Counted from the stretch's first letter, positions 1 to 10,037 are shown. The stretch is DNA of 64,000 bases from a virus (IMGVR_UViG_3300037507_002457:4235-68234), one strand, 5' to 3'. Notes: generated by a model from the sequence alone, not told the origin. Numbers and translations are program-made.

Positions 1-1420
1 GATTCTGGAATTTGGAGACTTCCCACAAAAGAGCAAATATGTTCGTGTTGAAATGGCAACTGCTCCATGGCCAGTTGACGCAATTCCATATGGATTTGGT
101 CCATATGCCACACCAGTCGGCGGTGATTATGCTCGTTTGGGCAAGATTCCTGCGATGCAATACTGCTCTGCCTCGGCGTACTTGTTACAGCCAGGTAGAT
201 ATGCTTCTGGTGTAGTATTCCAACCAGCACCAGCACAAGCAGACGCGGATCTTGCTGCTCTATATCCAAATGGATCTAGCGTCGGTCCAGAACTAGACAA
301 TAAGCAATACTTCGCTCCAGTACCACAAGGTTCTGCGGTAGGAGCTAATGTTGCGTTTGACCTAGAAACATATTGCGGAGTTTCTCCATTGTATGTTGCT
401 TCTCAAGAAAATACAAATGTTAAGAAGCGTCGTTTTGTTCTAGGATTCCAAGGTGGATTTGATGGTCAATCGCCATCTGTTCCAGTATTAATTGGTAATG
501 ATATATTGCCAACAAATCAACAGGGACTAGATTGCTCTACGTCAACAAGTCGTGGTACATATGCTTATAGACAATCAATTGCTGCTTTAAGCAATGCGGA
601 TGAGTTTGATTTCAACCTCATCACTGTTCCCGGCATTAACTACGAAGACCACGCATATGTAGCAACTTCAATCGTTGATATGTGCGAACGTCGTGGCGAC
701 GCATTCTATATCATGGACATTGCTCCAAATCAAACAGCCGGTGCAACTGCTATTCAAAACGTAGTAGATCTGGCCGGTCAGTTTGATACAAACTATGCTG
801 CAACATATTATCCTTGGGTCAAAGTTACTGAGACCAATAGTAACAAGATCATGAACGTTCCTCCTTCAGTAGTAATGATGGGCGTCTATGCCGCCAACGA
901 TAAAGTTGCCGCTGAGTGGTTTGCCCCAGCAGGTCTAAATCGAGGCGGTATCCCAACGGCTGTGTCTGTAGCAGATAGATTGACACACACTGAACGTGAT
1001 ACTCTATATGAAGGTCACGTAAACCCAATCGCCGCGTTTCCTGGTCAAGGCGTTGTGGCTTGGGGTCAGAAGACACTGCAACGTAATCCAAGTGCATTGG
1101 ATCGCGTAAATGTTCGCCGTCTATTGATCGCGTTGAAGAAGTTCATCGCTTCTTCTTCAAGATTCCTAGTGTTTGAACAGAACGTAGCAACAACTCGTCA
1201 ACGTTTCTTGAACATCGTCAATCCATACTTGGAAAGCGTACAGCAGCGTTCGGGTGTGTATGCCTTCAAGGTTGTTATGGACGACAGCAACAATACACCT
1301 GATCTAGTTGATCGTGGCATATTGTATGGTCAGATCTATATTCAGCCAACACGTACCGCTGAAATGATTGTATTGGACTTCAATGTACTCCCTTCGGGTG
1401 CCGTTTTTCCGAGCGCATAA
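1..1420 (+). CDS. Tail sheath protein (T4 gp18-like), 5'-truncated by the window edge
   Basis: Frame is open from position 2 (ILEFGDFPQKSKYVRVE-MATA...). Typical sheath C-terminal motifs: WFAPAGLNRGGI, VNPIAAFPGQG, WGQKTLQ, LDRVNVRRLLI, FEQN, IYIQPTRTAE. Confidence 0.95.
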   Translation, partial: ILEFGDFPQKSKYVRVEMATAPWPVDAIPYGFGPYATPVGGDYARLGKIPAMQYCSASAYLLQPGRYASGVVFQPAPAQADADLAALYPNGSSVGPELDNKQYFAPVPQGSAVGANVAFDLETYCGVSPLYVASQENTNVKKRRFVLGFQGGFDGQSPSVPVLIGNDILPTNQQGLDCSTSTSRGTYAYRQSIAALSNADEFDFNLITVPGINYEDHAYVATSIVDMCERRGDAFYIMDIAPNQTAGATAIQNVVDLAGQFDTNYAATYYPWVKVTETNSNKIMNVPPSVVMMGVYAANDKVAAEWFAPAGLNRGGIPTAVSVADRLTHTERDTLYEGHVNPIAAFPGQGVVAWGQKTLQRNPSALDRVNVRRLLIALKKFIASSSRFLVFEQNVATTRQRFLNIVNPYLESVQQRSGVYAFKVVMDDSNNTPDLVDRGILYGQIYIQPTRTAEMIVLDFNVLPSGAVFPSA

Positions 1421-1440
1421 ATCATAAAAAATTGATTACA

Positions 1441-1471
1441 AGAAACCCACTTTTTAGTGGGTTTCTTTTTT
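1441..1471 (+). terminator. Rho-independent terminator after the sheath gene
   Basis: AGAAACCCAC-loop-GTGGGTTTCT followed by a T run. Confidence 0.85.
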
Positions 1472-1522
1472 ATATAGCAAGATTTCATCATTTTGCCTAC
1501 CGGTTCATATATTTATATTTAT

Positions 1523-2320
1523 ATGAAAACAAATTATGGAAACCCAATGTCAATAAATAAAATTTGCGAATGGACCGGTAAATCTTTTACTGTTGATTGG
1601 AAGCACAGAAATAAAAGATTCATAGATACAAAAGCAATGTATGCTTGGAGAAAATCGCAAAATCACGAAATTGTAAATTGCTTAAATTGCAATAAACCGT
1701 TTGACAGATATAAAAGAATACTACACCCAAGATCTGGAAAATTGCAGCAATATTGCTCAAATGAATGTAACAGAAGTTCAAAAGAAAAGAGAGAAAAACT
1801 TAAAATTTGGATAAATGACAACAATCCTATGAAAGATCCAATCTCGGTTGAGAAAATATCAAAAACCAAACTAGAAAAATACGGAAATTATAAATACAAC
1901 AACCCAGAAAAAGCTGCAAATACTTGTATGAAAAAATACGGAACCGCGTGCTATTTTGATAGCCCTTCTGCTATATTATCAAACGGAAAACGCATATCAA
2001 AGTTTCAAAAACAAACGTATGATCTTGTTTTATTAAAATATCCAGATGCAGTTCTTGAAAAATATCTAAAAGACGTTCATTGTTCTGTGGACATTTATAT
2101 ACCTTCGATCAAAAAAGTAATTGAGTGCTATGGGGATTATTGGCATTGCAATCCTAAAAAATACAAATCAGATTATTATAATAAATCTTTGCGCATGACA
2201 GCAAAAGAAAAATGGGACAAAGATGCCATTAAAACAAATAAGTTAATGTCGGTCGGTTACGATGTCGAGATAGTTTGGGAAAACTCAAAGAAAAAACTTG
2301 TGCATTCAACAAAACCGTGA
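1523..2320 (+). CDS. Putative homing endonuclease (Cys/Zn and KYG repeats plus Vsr/DUF559-like PD-(D/E)XK domain)
   Basis: Lys-rich. CxxC motifs, KYG repeats, C-terminal VDIY..VIECYGDYWHCNP..GYDVEIVWE. ATG at 1523 follows TATTTATA. Confidence 0.75.
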   Translation: MKTNYGNPMSINKICEWTGKSFTVDWKHRNKRFIDTKAMYAWRKSQNHEIVNCLNCNKPFDRYKRILHPRSGKLQQYCSNECNRSSKEKREKLKIWINDNNPMKDPISVEKISKTKLEKYGNYKYNNPEKAANTCMKKYGTACYFDSPSAILSNGKRISKFQKQTYDLVLLKYPDAVLEKYLKDVHCSVDIYIPSIKKVIECYGDYWHCNPKKYKSDYYNKSLRMTAKEKWDKDAIKTNKLMSVGYDVEIVWENSKKKLVHSTKP

Positions 2321-2332
2321 TATTTATAAAAT

Positions 2333-2896
2333 ATGCATATACTCCTAAAAAATCTATTGAAAGAAGTAGAAGAAAAGTCTCCACTTAAATATCAAATGTA
2401 TGTGGATATGGACGGAGTTCTTGTAAACCTTGATAAAGGATTCAAGGCAGTTTCTGGCGGATTATCTCCTCAAGACTATGAAGCAAAAAATGGCAAAAAC
2501 ACTTTTTGGAAAGTAGTAAATAAAAATCCTAATTTCTGGCTTGACCTAGAACCATTGCCAGACGCTAAAGTTCTTTGGGATTATATAAAAGATAGATTCA
2601 AAGATCCACCCGCTGTTGTACTGAGTGCAGGCATCGGCACAAAAATAAAAGAGCAGAAAACTGCATGGATACGCAAGCATATAGACCCAAGTGTTCAAGT
2701 TATTATTGCTTCGTCCGGCGTATCAAAGCCACAATATATCATTGATAGAGCGGATGTCAGACTTACTCATATACTACTTGATGATACAGACAAGAATATA
2801 ACTGCTTGGGAAAATTCCGGTGAAAATAGAATTGCTATTTTACATAAAGATGCGGCGAGCAGCATAAATAAGATTAAACAGATTGTGTCTGTATGA
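2333..2896 (+). CDS. HAD-family 5'(3')-deoxyribonucleotidase-like phosphatase
   Basis: YVDMDGVLVN motif I, FWLDLEPLPDA, ILLDD motif, typical of phage NT5C-like HADs. Confidence 0.8.
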   Translation: MHILLKNLLKEVEEKSPLKYQMYVDMDGVLVNLDKGFKAVSGGLSPQDYEAKNGKNTFWKVVNKNPNFWLDLEPLPDAKVLWDYIKDRFKDPPAVVLSAGIGTKIKEQKTAWIRKHIDPSVQVIIASSGVSKPQYIIDRADVRLTHILLDDTDKNITAWENSGENRIAILHKDAASSINKIKQIVSV

Positions 2897-3141
2897 ATCA
2901 CGTTTCGCTAAAATCTTTGCTGCTAAAAGAACAATTTCATGTATCCGACATGGTTATGCTTGAAAAGGCGTGCAAGGCTTTTGCAGACGTATTAATAAAA
3001 AACAATATTGTAGCACATCAACATAAAGACCTTACAGCAGCAGATACTCCTATATCTCAGTATTCAGAAGATATAGCAGAAGTTGTTCGCAATGAAGTAA
3101 TCAAATGGATGGATGTAGCAAACAGACGAGGTGGAAGATGA
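2893..3141 (+). CDS. Hypothetical protein
   Basis: ATGA overlaps at both ends. N-terminal SLKSLLLKE leader motif. Confidence 0.7.
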   Translation: MNHVSLKSLLLKEQFHVSDMVMLEKACKAFADVLIKNNIVAHQHKDLTAADTPISQYSEDIAEVVRNEVIKWMDVANRRGGR

Positions 3142-4046
3142 ATTATCCTTTATACAACGACAAACTTGCTCCTATATGGAACATCAATGAAGATGGTGCG
3201 AGACTTGATGACGAAGTAAGAAAATCGCTCATCAAGATCGCGATGGATTTTGTGCAGGACTTAAAAAAGAACCAAGATATAAACATCAAGACAGAAGACA
3301 TACTTCTTATTGGTTCTATTACCAATTATAACTGGACGCCATATTCAGATATTGATCTACATATATCAACTGATTTTTCCAAACTTGATATGAGCAAAGA
3401 AGACGCACAGGCGATGTTTGATGCGATTAAAACTGGTTGGAATAGCAAGCACGACATTGTGATGAAAAACTTTGATGTTGAGTTATATGTTGAAGATATA
3501 GGGGCAGAACAGGTATCTGCATCAAAGTATAGTGTTCTACGAAACGAATGGATAAAAGAACCAAAGAAAGAAAGTCCAAACTTCAACAAGTCACTTATAA
3601 AAAAGAAGTATAAAGAGTACTCAAAGAAGATAGACGACTTGATGGATGCAGACAGCGAAAAGCCGCTAAAAGATTTACTTGACAAGATATACAAGTTTCG
3701 TCAAGCAGGATTAGACAAGGGCGGCGAACTAAGTGAAGAAAATATTGTATTTAAGATACTAAGAGCAAAAGGTAAGTTAGATAAACTAAAAGACACTATA
3801 TCGGCGATTTACGACGATAAGATGAGTGTCGATGAAATCGCCATGAACAATAGTTATTATGAGAAGGATGTTCAAGACGCGGCAGATGATATATATGCGA
3901 TTGCAAAAGCGTTAAAAGTATATCCAGATATTGAACCATATATCAAAAAGATATCATTAAAATACAAGAAGTATTCGGACGATGTGCATATAGACATCGC
4001 AAGGGCATTTTCAAAGCTTAGAAAACAACAAATAAAAACATCTTGA
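3138..4046 (+). CDS. Pol-beta superfamily nucleotidyltransferase
   Basis: LIGSITNYNWTPYSDIDLH (GS..DxD) plus DVELYVED. ATG at 3138 overlaps the upstream stop. Confidence 0.75.
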   Translation: MNYPLYNDKLAPIWNINEDGARLDDEVRKSLIKIAMDFVQDLKKNQDINIKTEDILLIGSITNYNWTPYSDIDLHISTDFSKLDMSKEDAQAMFDAIKTGWNSKHDIVMKNFDVELYVEDIGAEQVSASKYSVLRNEWIKEPKKESPNFNKSLIKKKYKEYSKKIDDLMDADSEKPLKDLLDKIYKFRQAGLDKGGELSEENIVFKILRAKGKLDKLKDTISAIYDDKMSVDEIAMNNSYYEKDVQDAADDIYAIAKALKVYPDIEPYIKKISLKYKKYSDDVHIDIARAFSKLRKQQIKTS

Positions 4047-4070
4047 CATAATATATCGGCGTGATAATAT
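4043..4070 (+). promoter_or_regulatory. Sigma70-like early promoter
   Basis: TTGACA-16 nt-TAATAT, with the ATG 7 nt downstream. Confidence 0.6.
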
Positions 4071-4076
4071 GTCGGT

Positions 4077-4766
4077 ATGCTAAAGAATATCAAGTTTGCC
4101 CGGTTTGGTGGGCTTAGTTCAGTCAATCAAAAGGGATATGATTCGAACTGTGATGGCTATCATTCTCCTCCCGCCAAGCGTGGCTTTTATGCGTTTCTTT
4201 GGCCGTATTATGAGTTCTTTCTTCTCAGCGGTGGATTATGGACAAACTATCCTTGGTCAATAGGCACCAAGTTCATTTACTTAAAAGACGCCAAGGGTAA
4301 TATCATTGACGAAAATCATCCTGATCATGAATACTTTTCCAGCACAGGAAAGTATTGGAGCATTCCCACCAAAGAATGGTATTTTCATCATAAGAAACAT
4401 CCTGAATATGAAGACCCCGAATATGATGCTAAGTTGGAGGCACATTGTATTGATTGGGAAACAAATCACGGAGATAAGCCCAAGTGGGTGTTGGCTCAAA
4501 AGCCTTCGCCCAGAATCTTTGAGTACAAAGGAAATATCTGGCATCATTTGACCTGCTATCTCGGACCTTCTGGTGCACTGAAGCAGAAAGGTGGTTGGAC
4601 TCTTTCGCCATTTGACGAATACGCAAAAGCATTACAAAAAAACATGCACGCTGGTCGCAGGACACAGTGCGAATACAATTCCAACAAAGGACTACCGAAG
4701 TCCAACAAAAATCCTTATGTGGGAATATCCAAAGATCATCTGGAAGTTTTTATTGAGAAGTTGTAG
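4077..4766 (+). CDS. Hypothetical protein
   Basis: 229 aa ORF behind a sigma70-like promoter. No family recognised. Confidence 0.75.
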   Translation: MLKNIKFARFGGLSSVNQKGYDSNCDGYHSPPAKRGFYAFLWPYYEFFLLSGGLWTNYPWSIGTKFIYLKDAKGNIIDENHPDHEYFSSTGKYWSIPTKEWYFHHKKHPEYEDPEYDAKLEAHCIDWETNHGDKPKWVLAQKPSPRIFEYKGNIWHHLTCYLGPSGALKQKGGWTLSPFDEYAKALQKNMHAGRRTQCEYNSNKGLPKSNKNPYVGISKDHLEVFIEKL

Positions 4767-6279
4767 AGCTTCTCCATATCCATTTTGTATGACCGCAATC
4801 CCATATACGGTCAAATCCGTTCAGTTTCATATTTTCCCATTCAGATAAGTTGGGATCAAATGTTTTTAACTTTTTTGCCAGTTTAGATTTTTGGAACATC
4901 TGTCGGTTGAATACTGTACTAAAGTCGGGAGATACATAATGATAACCTTGTGCTGTATTTCCTTCAAAGGTCATTCCTAGCTTAGAATACAAGTCTCCAG
5001 AGAACAATCTGCGGTCAGAGTAGCTTACTACGCTCTTTGGCTTATAATCCAATAGGAATATACTAAACAACTTTGTTGCTCCACCGTGCACACGAGTATT
5101 CAACGCATTGCAGAACCTTGATATTTCCCATTCAACTTTTCGGTCAAATCTACTTCTACAAAACGTCATTATGCTGACCAAGGAGTTTTTATAGTATAAG
5201 CCATATGCGACAGATGATTTGTCCTCACCTTGCATATGACACTTGTTCAAGAACTCATTCTTTTCTTTGGTGTCTACTTTTCGTATTTCGCATTCTCGTC
5301 CGTGGATCTTGGCAACGTGCCCGCCAACATACTGACGTATGATTGACTTTACAATATTCTGCTTATGCTTCCATTCGCTTTCAAGTATATGAATGAGGTG
5401 TATATTTTTCTCGGCACACTTCTCAGTCTTTTCCAGATGATAGTTTTTTGACATTCTGGGATGGCTGGCTCTGTGCCAATACAACCCGTTATATTCTATA
5501 GCGAACGAAAGATCGGGGATGTAAAAATCAAGCTCCTTGCCATCCAACACAACTCTATTATTTCGTAGTATAGTTTTACCCTTTACTTCAGACACCAAGA
5601 ACTCTTGCAAACCAGTTTCTGCGGTTTCTTTCTTTTCAGGATGGCATAGTTCACAGAACACATCTGTTGGCACATATACTGTAGACTCGAATCCATTATT
5701 ACATTTTTTACAATTAAACTTGTATCTATGCGAGAAATGATAGCCCGCATAGTCCTCTTGTTTGCATAACCACTTTACATTTTGCGAATTAAACAGAGTT
5801 TTTAGTTTTTCATAATGGTTCTCTTGTTTGAGTTTACTTCGTTTTTGTATAACATCTCTAGATTTGCCGGGATTGTCCACACCGTACTTTTCAATCCAAG
5901 TTTCCATTATCCGCTGTCTTACAGGACTTTTTGACGACAATACATTTTCTACACCATAGTTTTGTACATTGGTATATTTGGCTTTATCAAGTATAGCTTT
6001 TGATTGCAATGCGTGTTCTACACCATATTTGGTCATCATAGAGTTCTTGAAATTATTTACAACTTCAGAAGTCTTCATAGGATGATCCGTGCCGTACTTT
6101 TTTAGTGAGGTTTCTACCTGCGACGCTCGCATTTTTGCTAACACTTCTGGGTCTTTGTTAGAACAAGATTTACAGCAATACTTCTGCTTGTTTCGTTTCT
6201 GCCATTTCACTCTGAAATCTGTATTGCAAGTTTTACATTTTAGCTCTACAAAGTCTGGGTTTTTCTTGGGTCTGGCCAT
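4750..6279 (-). CDS. Putative homing endonuclease (KYG repeats, Zn ribbon, DUF559-like nuclease, C-terminal GNAT/Mom-like domain)
   Basis: KYGVEH/NYGVEN/KYGVDN repeats, ELDFYIPDLSFAIEYNGLYWH, WEISRFC..GGATKL..SYSDRR..RIWDCG. Oriented opposite to its neighbours. Confidence 0.75.
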   Translation of the reverse strand: MARPKKNPDFVELKCKTCNTDFRVKWQKRNKQKYCCKSCSNKDPEVLAKMRASQVETSLKKYGTDHPMKTSEVVNNFKNSMMTKYGVEHALQSKAILDKAKYTNVQNYGVENVLSSKSPVRQRIMETWIEKYGVDNPGKSRDVIQKRSKLKQENHYEKLKTLFNSQNVKWLCKQEDYAGYHFSHRYKFNCKKCNNGFESTVYVPTDVFCELCHPEKKETAETGLQEFLVSEVKGKTILRNNRVVLDGKELDFYIPDLSFAIEYNGLYWHRASHPRMSKNYHLEKTEKCAEKNIHLIHILESEWKHKQNIVKSIIRQYVGGHVAKIHGRECEIRKVDTKEKNEFLNKCHMQGEDKSSVAYGLYYKNSLVSIMTFCRSRFDRKVEWEISRFCNALNTRVHGGATKLFSIFLLDYKPKSVVSYSDRRLFSGDLYSKLGMTFEGNTAQGYHYVSPDFSTVFNRQMFQKSKLAKKLKTFDPNLSEWENMKLNGFDRIWDCGHTKWIWRSSTTSQ

Positions 6280-6408
6280 AGTATTCTTCGGTTTAAAAGC
6301 AGTTTATGATTATATATATTTAGCGTCAAATAAAAAATACTGTTTATTGTTATTATTTATTATACGTGATAAACACCCTGTATAAACAATTAACAGAAAG
6401 ATAATACT

Positions 6409-6897
6409 ATGGCAGAGCTACTAGATCAAAATCAAATATTCTTTACGGCCTTCGAGCCCAAGGTACAAAACCGTTTCATTATGAACATCGACGGCATTCC
6501 TGCATACCTAATCAAAGCTACAGGTCGTCCAAGCATACAGAACAATTCAATTACTCTAGATCATATCAATTTGAAACGTAAACTCAAAGGAAAGAGTGAA
6601 TGGCAAGATCTTTCTATTACATTATATGATCCAATCGTGCCATCTGGCGCACAGGCTGTGATGGAATGGGTTCGCCTTGCTCACGAATCTGTTACTGGTC
6701 GTAACGGATATGCTGATATGTACAAGAAGGATGTCCAGATTCAAGTTCTTGGTCCTGTTGGCGACATTGTTGAGAAGTGGGACTTGAAAGGTGCATTTCC
6801 TAGCTCGGTAAATTTCCAAAGCATGGACTGGGCAAATGCCGAAGCAATGACAATCGAAGTTACACTGACGATGGATTACTGCATCCTACAGTTCTAA
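6409..6897 (+). CDS. Tail tube protein (T4 gp19-like)
   Basis: FEPKVQNRF, WQDLSITLYDPI, QAVMEW, GPVGDIVEKWDLKGAFP. Lies downstream of the sheath. Confidence 0.9.
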   Translation: MAELLDQNQIFFTAFEPKVQNRFIMNIDGIPAYLIKATGRPSIQNNSITLDHINLKRKLKGKSEWQDLSITLYDPIVPSGAQAVMEWVRLAHESVTGRNGYADMYKKDVQIQVLGPVGDIVEKWDLKGAFPSSVNFQSMDWANAEAMTIEVTLTMDYCILQF

Positions 6898-6921
6898 TAT
6901 TATTATAGTGTTCTTATACAG

Positions 6922-6951
6922 AACCCTCACCATAAAAAGTGGGGGTTTTTT
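6922..6951 (+). terminator. Rho-independent terminator
   Basis: AACCCTCAC-loop-GTGGGGGTT followed by a T run. Confidence 0.8.
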
Positions 6952-7069
6952 ATTTTATCTTGACAAGTTTCTGTCTACCCCCTATAACCCCGGTTATCAC
7001 CTGAGTGAAACACAACTATATCATACTTTTTTATAGTATAGTTTATATTTATATATACCTAAAAAAATA

Positions 7070-7300
7070 ATGACTAAAGCAGAACTAAGAAAAATAATAG
7101 TTGAGGCTGTTAAAAAGGCAAAAGCCAAGAACACTCGCACTGCTGCGTCATATATAACTTCACCAACAGAAACTAATCCAACATTGTATATTAATATAAC
7201 TGTGTCTGGTTCTGATATGGATGAAACGGAAGATATGCGTGAAAAAATACTAAAAACGCTACAACAAGAGTTTAACATAAAACCAACTAAACAGGATTAA
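7070..7300 (+). CDS. Hypothetical protein with MTKAELRKIIVE leader
   Basis: Follows the TATTTATA motif and carries the shared leader peptide. Confidence 0.7.
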   Translation: MTKAELRKIIVEAVKKAKAKNTRTAASYITSPTETNPTLYINITVSGSDMDETEDMREKILKTLQQEFNIKPTKQD

Positions 7301-7304
7301 TATT

Positions 7305-7676
7305 ATGAATAAATCAGAACTTAAAAAAATTATACGTGAAGTAGTTGAAGAAGTCATGAAAGATGATTTTGCTCCACTTGGTGTAGCACAAGAATGGAGA
7401 CTAGATGAAAAAGCTCCACCGGATTTTCCAAAGAAACTTCACGACAAACTGCTGAAACAGTATAAGGACGATGAAGGTAAAGCATATGCTACTATGTGGA
7501 AGATTTTTTATGCCAAGAAAGATGGTAATAAAAAGATAAATGAAATGTGGAAAGTATTTGAAGGTAAAGATCACGATGAAACTGATATGAATAATCCAGA
7601 AGAAAAACGTGAAGTTGAACTGGCCAAGAAAGCAAAAGCTGCTGCCGAAGAAATCTTAAAAATGCACGGAAAATAA
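7305..7676 (+). CDS. Hypothetical protein with MNKSELKKIIREVVEE leader
   Basis: Tightly packed ORF with the shared leader peptide. Confidence 0.8.
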   Translation: MNKSELKKIIREVVEEVMKDDFAPLGVAQEWRLDEKAPPDFPKKLHDKLLKQYKDDEGKAYATMWKIFYAKKDGNKKINEMWKVFEGKDHDETDMNNPEEKREVELAKKAKAAAEEILKMHGK

Positions 7677-8239
7677 TGAATAAGTCTACACTCAAAGAAG
7701 TAATTCAAAATGTGGTTGCTCATAAACTGGCGGAAACCAACGGTGATGCGTCAAAGTATGGATATATTATTTCCGGAAAAGACACCAACGATCCGCACCT
7801 TCAGTTAATAGGTTATGGTAATATGCCAAAAAGTTATTGGCAAAAAAAACTTGACGGATACGCCGACGAGTTGAAGAAGAGAATTAAAGCCGAAGACTGG
7901 AATGCGGCGGTATACTTTATGAAGCAAAGTAGTGTATTCAATCTCGCAGTCAATATGATGAACGAAATATACGAAAAAGATCTTAATGAACTTGATACCA
8001 CACTCGATTCATCTGCTGCTGAAACTGGATTGACTGACGCGGATAAAAAAGAACTAGCGAATCTAAAAGCTCAGAGTGACAAACTAACTGCTAATATTAA
8101 AAAAATAGAAGGCGATGTAGCCAAGCTACAACAAACCATCCAGCCAAAAATGCAAAGAGCGGAGCGCATGAAAGCAAAGCTGCAAAAGCAGCAGTCTGAT
8201 AATATTCGCAAGCAACAGGCAATACAAGACAGAGCTTGA
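7676..8239 (+). CDS. Hypothetical protein, C-terminal coiled coil
   Basis: TAATG overlap, MNKSTLKEVIQ leader, heptad-rich C-terminus. Confidence 0.8.
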   Translation: MNKSTLKEVIQNVVAHKLAETNGDASKYGYIISGKDTNDPHLQLIGYGNMPKSYWQKKLDGYADELKKRIKAEDWNAAVYFMKQSSVFNLAVNMMNEIYEKDLNELDTTLDSSAAETGLTDADKKELANLKAQSDKLTANIKKIEGDVAKLQQTIQPKMQRAERMKAKLQKQQSDNIRKQQAIQDRA

Positions 8240-8245
8240 TGTATT

Positions 8246-10036
8246 ATGGATAACATTGAGAAACAGCTTATTGAACTTGAAGAAAATCTTCACAAATGGT
8301 TCAAGGAGAAATGGGTAAGATTCGGACCAGATGGTAAGATACGTGGTCAATGTGCCAGAGAAAAATCAAGCGAAGGTAAGCCAAAATGTCGTCCACTAAA
8401 GTCTGCACAAGCGATGGGAAAGAAAGGTAGAGCAACTGCTGCACGCAGAAAGAGACGTGAAGACCCAAATCCAGATCGTAGCGGCAAAGCAAAAAATGTA
8501 AAAACCGAGGCTGATAAGATGGATGAACTAAAGTGCTGGAAGGGATACTCACGAGTACGTGGTGTGCCTGCTGGTGCACCAGGTAGTTGTAAAAAGAAAA
8601 CAGAGGAATCTATAACAGAATCTTCCAATTTCTCTATTGAACAACTGGCAACCATTAGCGATCAAGCACTGGATCAAGCATATGGATATGGTCGCAGCAC
8701 GCCGGGTAATACTTTTGGTTGGCAGGCTAATATAATGTCTGCAATATATGCTAAAGAAGTAATTGATATGGGCGTTACTGATATTGAAAAAATTGCGAAT
8801 GCTATTCACAAAGGATGGAATGTTACAGCAAAAAAGTTTGTTGAAAATCCGGATCAATTTGATGATACTGAAAAACTACGCCAGTCTGGTAAACTGGATA
8901 GTAAGATACAACAAAGAAAAAAATTGATGAATATTGACTACAACCAACTAAGCGATGCCGAAAAAGAAAAGGATCGTGTTGTAGCTCGTGCTTTGTTGCA
9001 ATCGTTGAAAAAAGAATTGAGCGAATATATAACACCAGAAACCATACATAAACTTGCAGACGACTTAGGTATTGAGTGGGACAACGAGCCAAGCTTTCTT
9101 GAACTTACAAAAGAGTTGACGGGTAAAGAACACTTGGACGATTTAAATCAATCAGAGTTGATGAAAGTTAAAAACCATTTAGAAAAACAAAATATAGCAG
9201 AAACAGAGGAATTTACTATGGATAATGTAAATGAAAATCATATGTGCCCTATTTGTGGTGGAGAACTTGTGTCAGAACTATTGATGAACGAAAAGAAAGA
9301 TGCTTGTTATTATAAAGTTAAATCGCGCTATAAAGTGTGGCCAAGTGCATATGCTTCTGGTGCATTAGTAAAATGCCGTAAAAAAGGAGTAAAGAACTGG
9401 GGCAACAAATCAGAAGGCGTTGAAGAACTTGATGAAAAATGGAGCAAAAAATACAAGCGTAGCATTGATTGTAGTCATCCAAAAGGATTCAGTCAAAAAG
9501 CACATTGCCAAGGCAGAAAAAAGAACGAGGAAACCCTTATGAAAGAAGAACAACTGAAGAATATAATCAGAGAAATGGTAGAAGAGATGTATAACGAACA
9601 GAACCAGATGCAAGATGAATGTTGGGAATGTTATGAAGCTGCCATGGAAGAAGGTACCAACGAGGCTTATGAAGAATGCTATCGCAAGACCAACTGGGAA
9701 ATGGTTCCAGAAGGTGAAGAGCATACTTGCGAAGGCGATGAGTTTTATGAGATTTATGGAGATATTAACGCCGATGCTAAAGAAAACTTGACAGAAGCAG
9801 AATATCGTGGTCGCAAGGTAAAACTTGGAAAACCAATGAGGGGCGATGTAAAAAAGTTCAAAGTTTTTGTTCGTAATCCAACAACCGGTAAAGTAAAGAA
9901 GGTAAACTTCGGCGATAAAAAGATGCGTATCAAGAAGAGTAATCCAAAGAGAAGGAAAAGTTTTAGAGCACGTCATAATTGCGCTAATCCAGGACCACGT
10001 ACAAAAGCACGTTACTGGAGTTGCAGAAAGTGGTAA
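8246..10036 (+). CDS. Modular protein of short basic Cys/Trp-containing units (includes a RyR-repeat-like unit); putative internal head polyprotein
   Basis: Units include LHKWFKEKWV, CWKGY, IHKGW..YNQLSDAEKEKDR (RyR-like), KKDACYYKVK..WPSAYASG, KWSKKYKRSIDC, RRKSFRARHNC..YWSCRKW, separated by acidic linkers. Confidence 0.8.
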   Translation: MDNIEKQLIELEENLHKWFKEKWVRFGPDGKIRGQCAREKSSEGKPKCRPLKSAQAMGKKGRATAARRKRREDPNPDRSGKAKNVKTEADKMDELKCWKGYSRVRGVPAGAPGSCKKKTEESITESSNFSIEQLATISDQALDQAYGYGRSTPGNTFGWQANIMSAIYAKEVIDMGVTDIEKIANAIHKGWNVTAKKFVENPDQFDDTEKLRQSGKLDSKIQQRKKLMNIDYNQLSDAEKEKDRVVARALLQSLKKELSEYITPETIHKLADDLGIEWDNEPSFLELTKELTGKEHLDDLNQSELMKVKNHLEKQNIAETEEFTMDNVNENHMCPICGGELVSELLMNEKKDACYYKVKSRYKVWPSAYASGALVKCRKKGVKNWGNKSEGVEELDEKWSKKYKRSIDCSHPKGFSQKAHCQGRKKNEETLMKEEQLKNIIREMVEEMYNEQNQMQDECWECYEAAMEEGTNEAYEECYRKTNWEMVPEGEEHTCEGDEFYEIYGDINADAKENLTEAEYRGRKVKLGKPMRGDVKKFKVFVRNPTTGKVKKVNFGDKKMRIKKSNPKRRKSFRARHNCANPGPRTKARYWSCRKW

Positions 10037-10037
10037 T

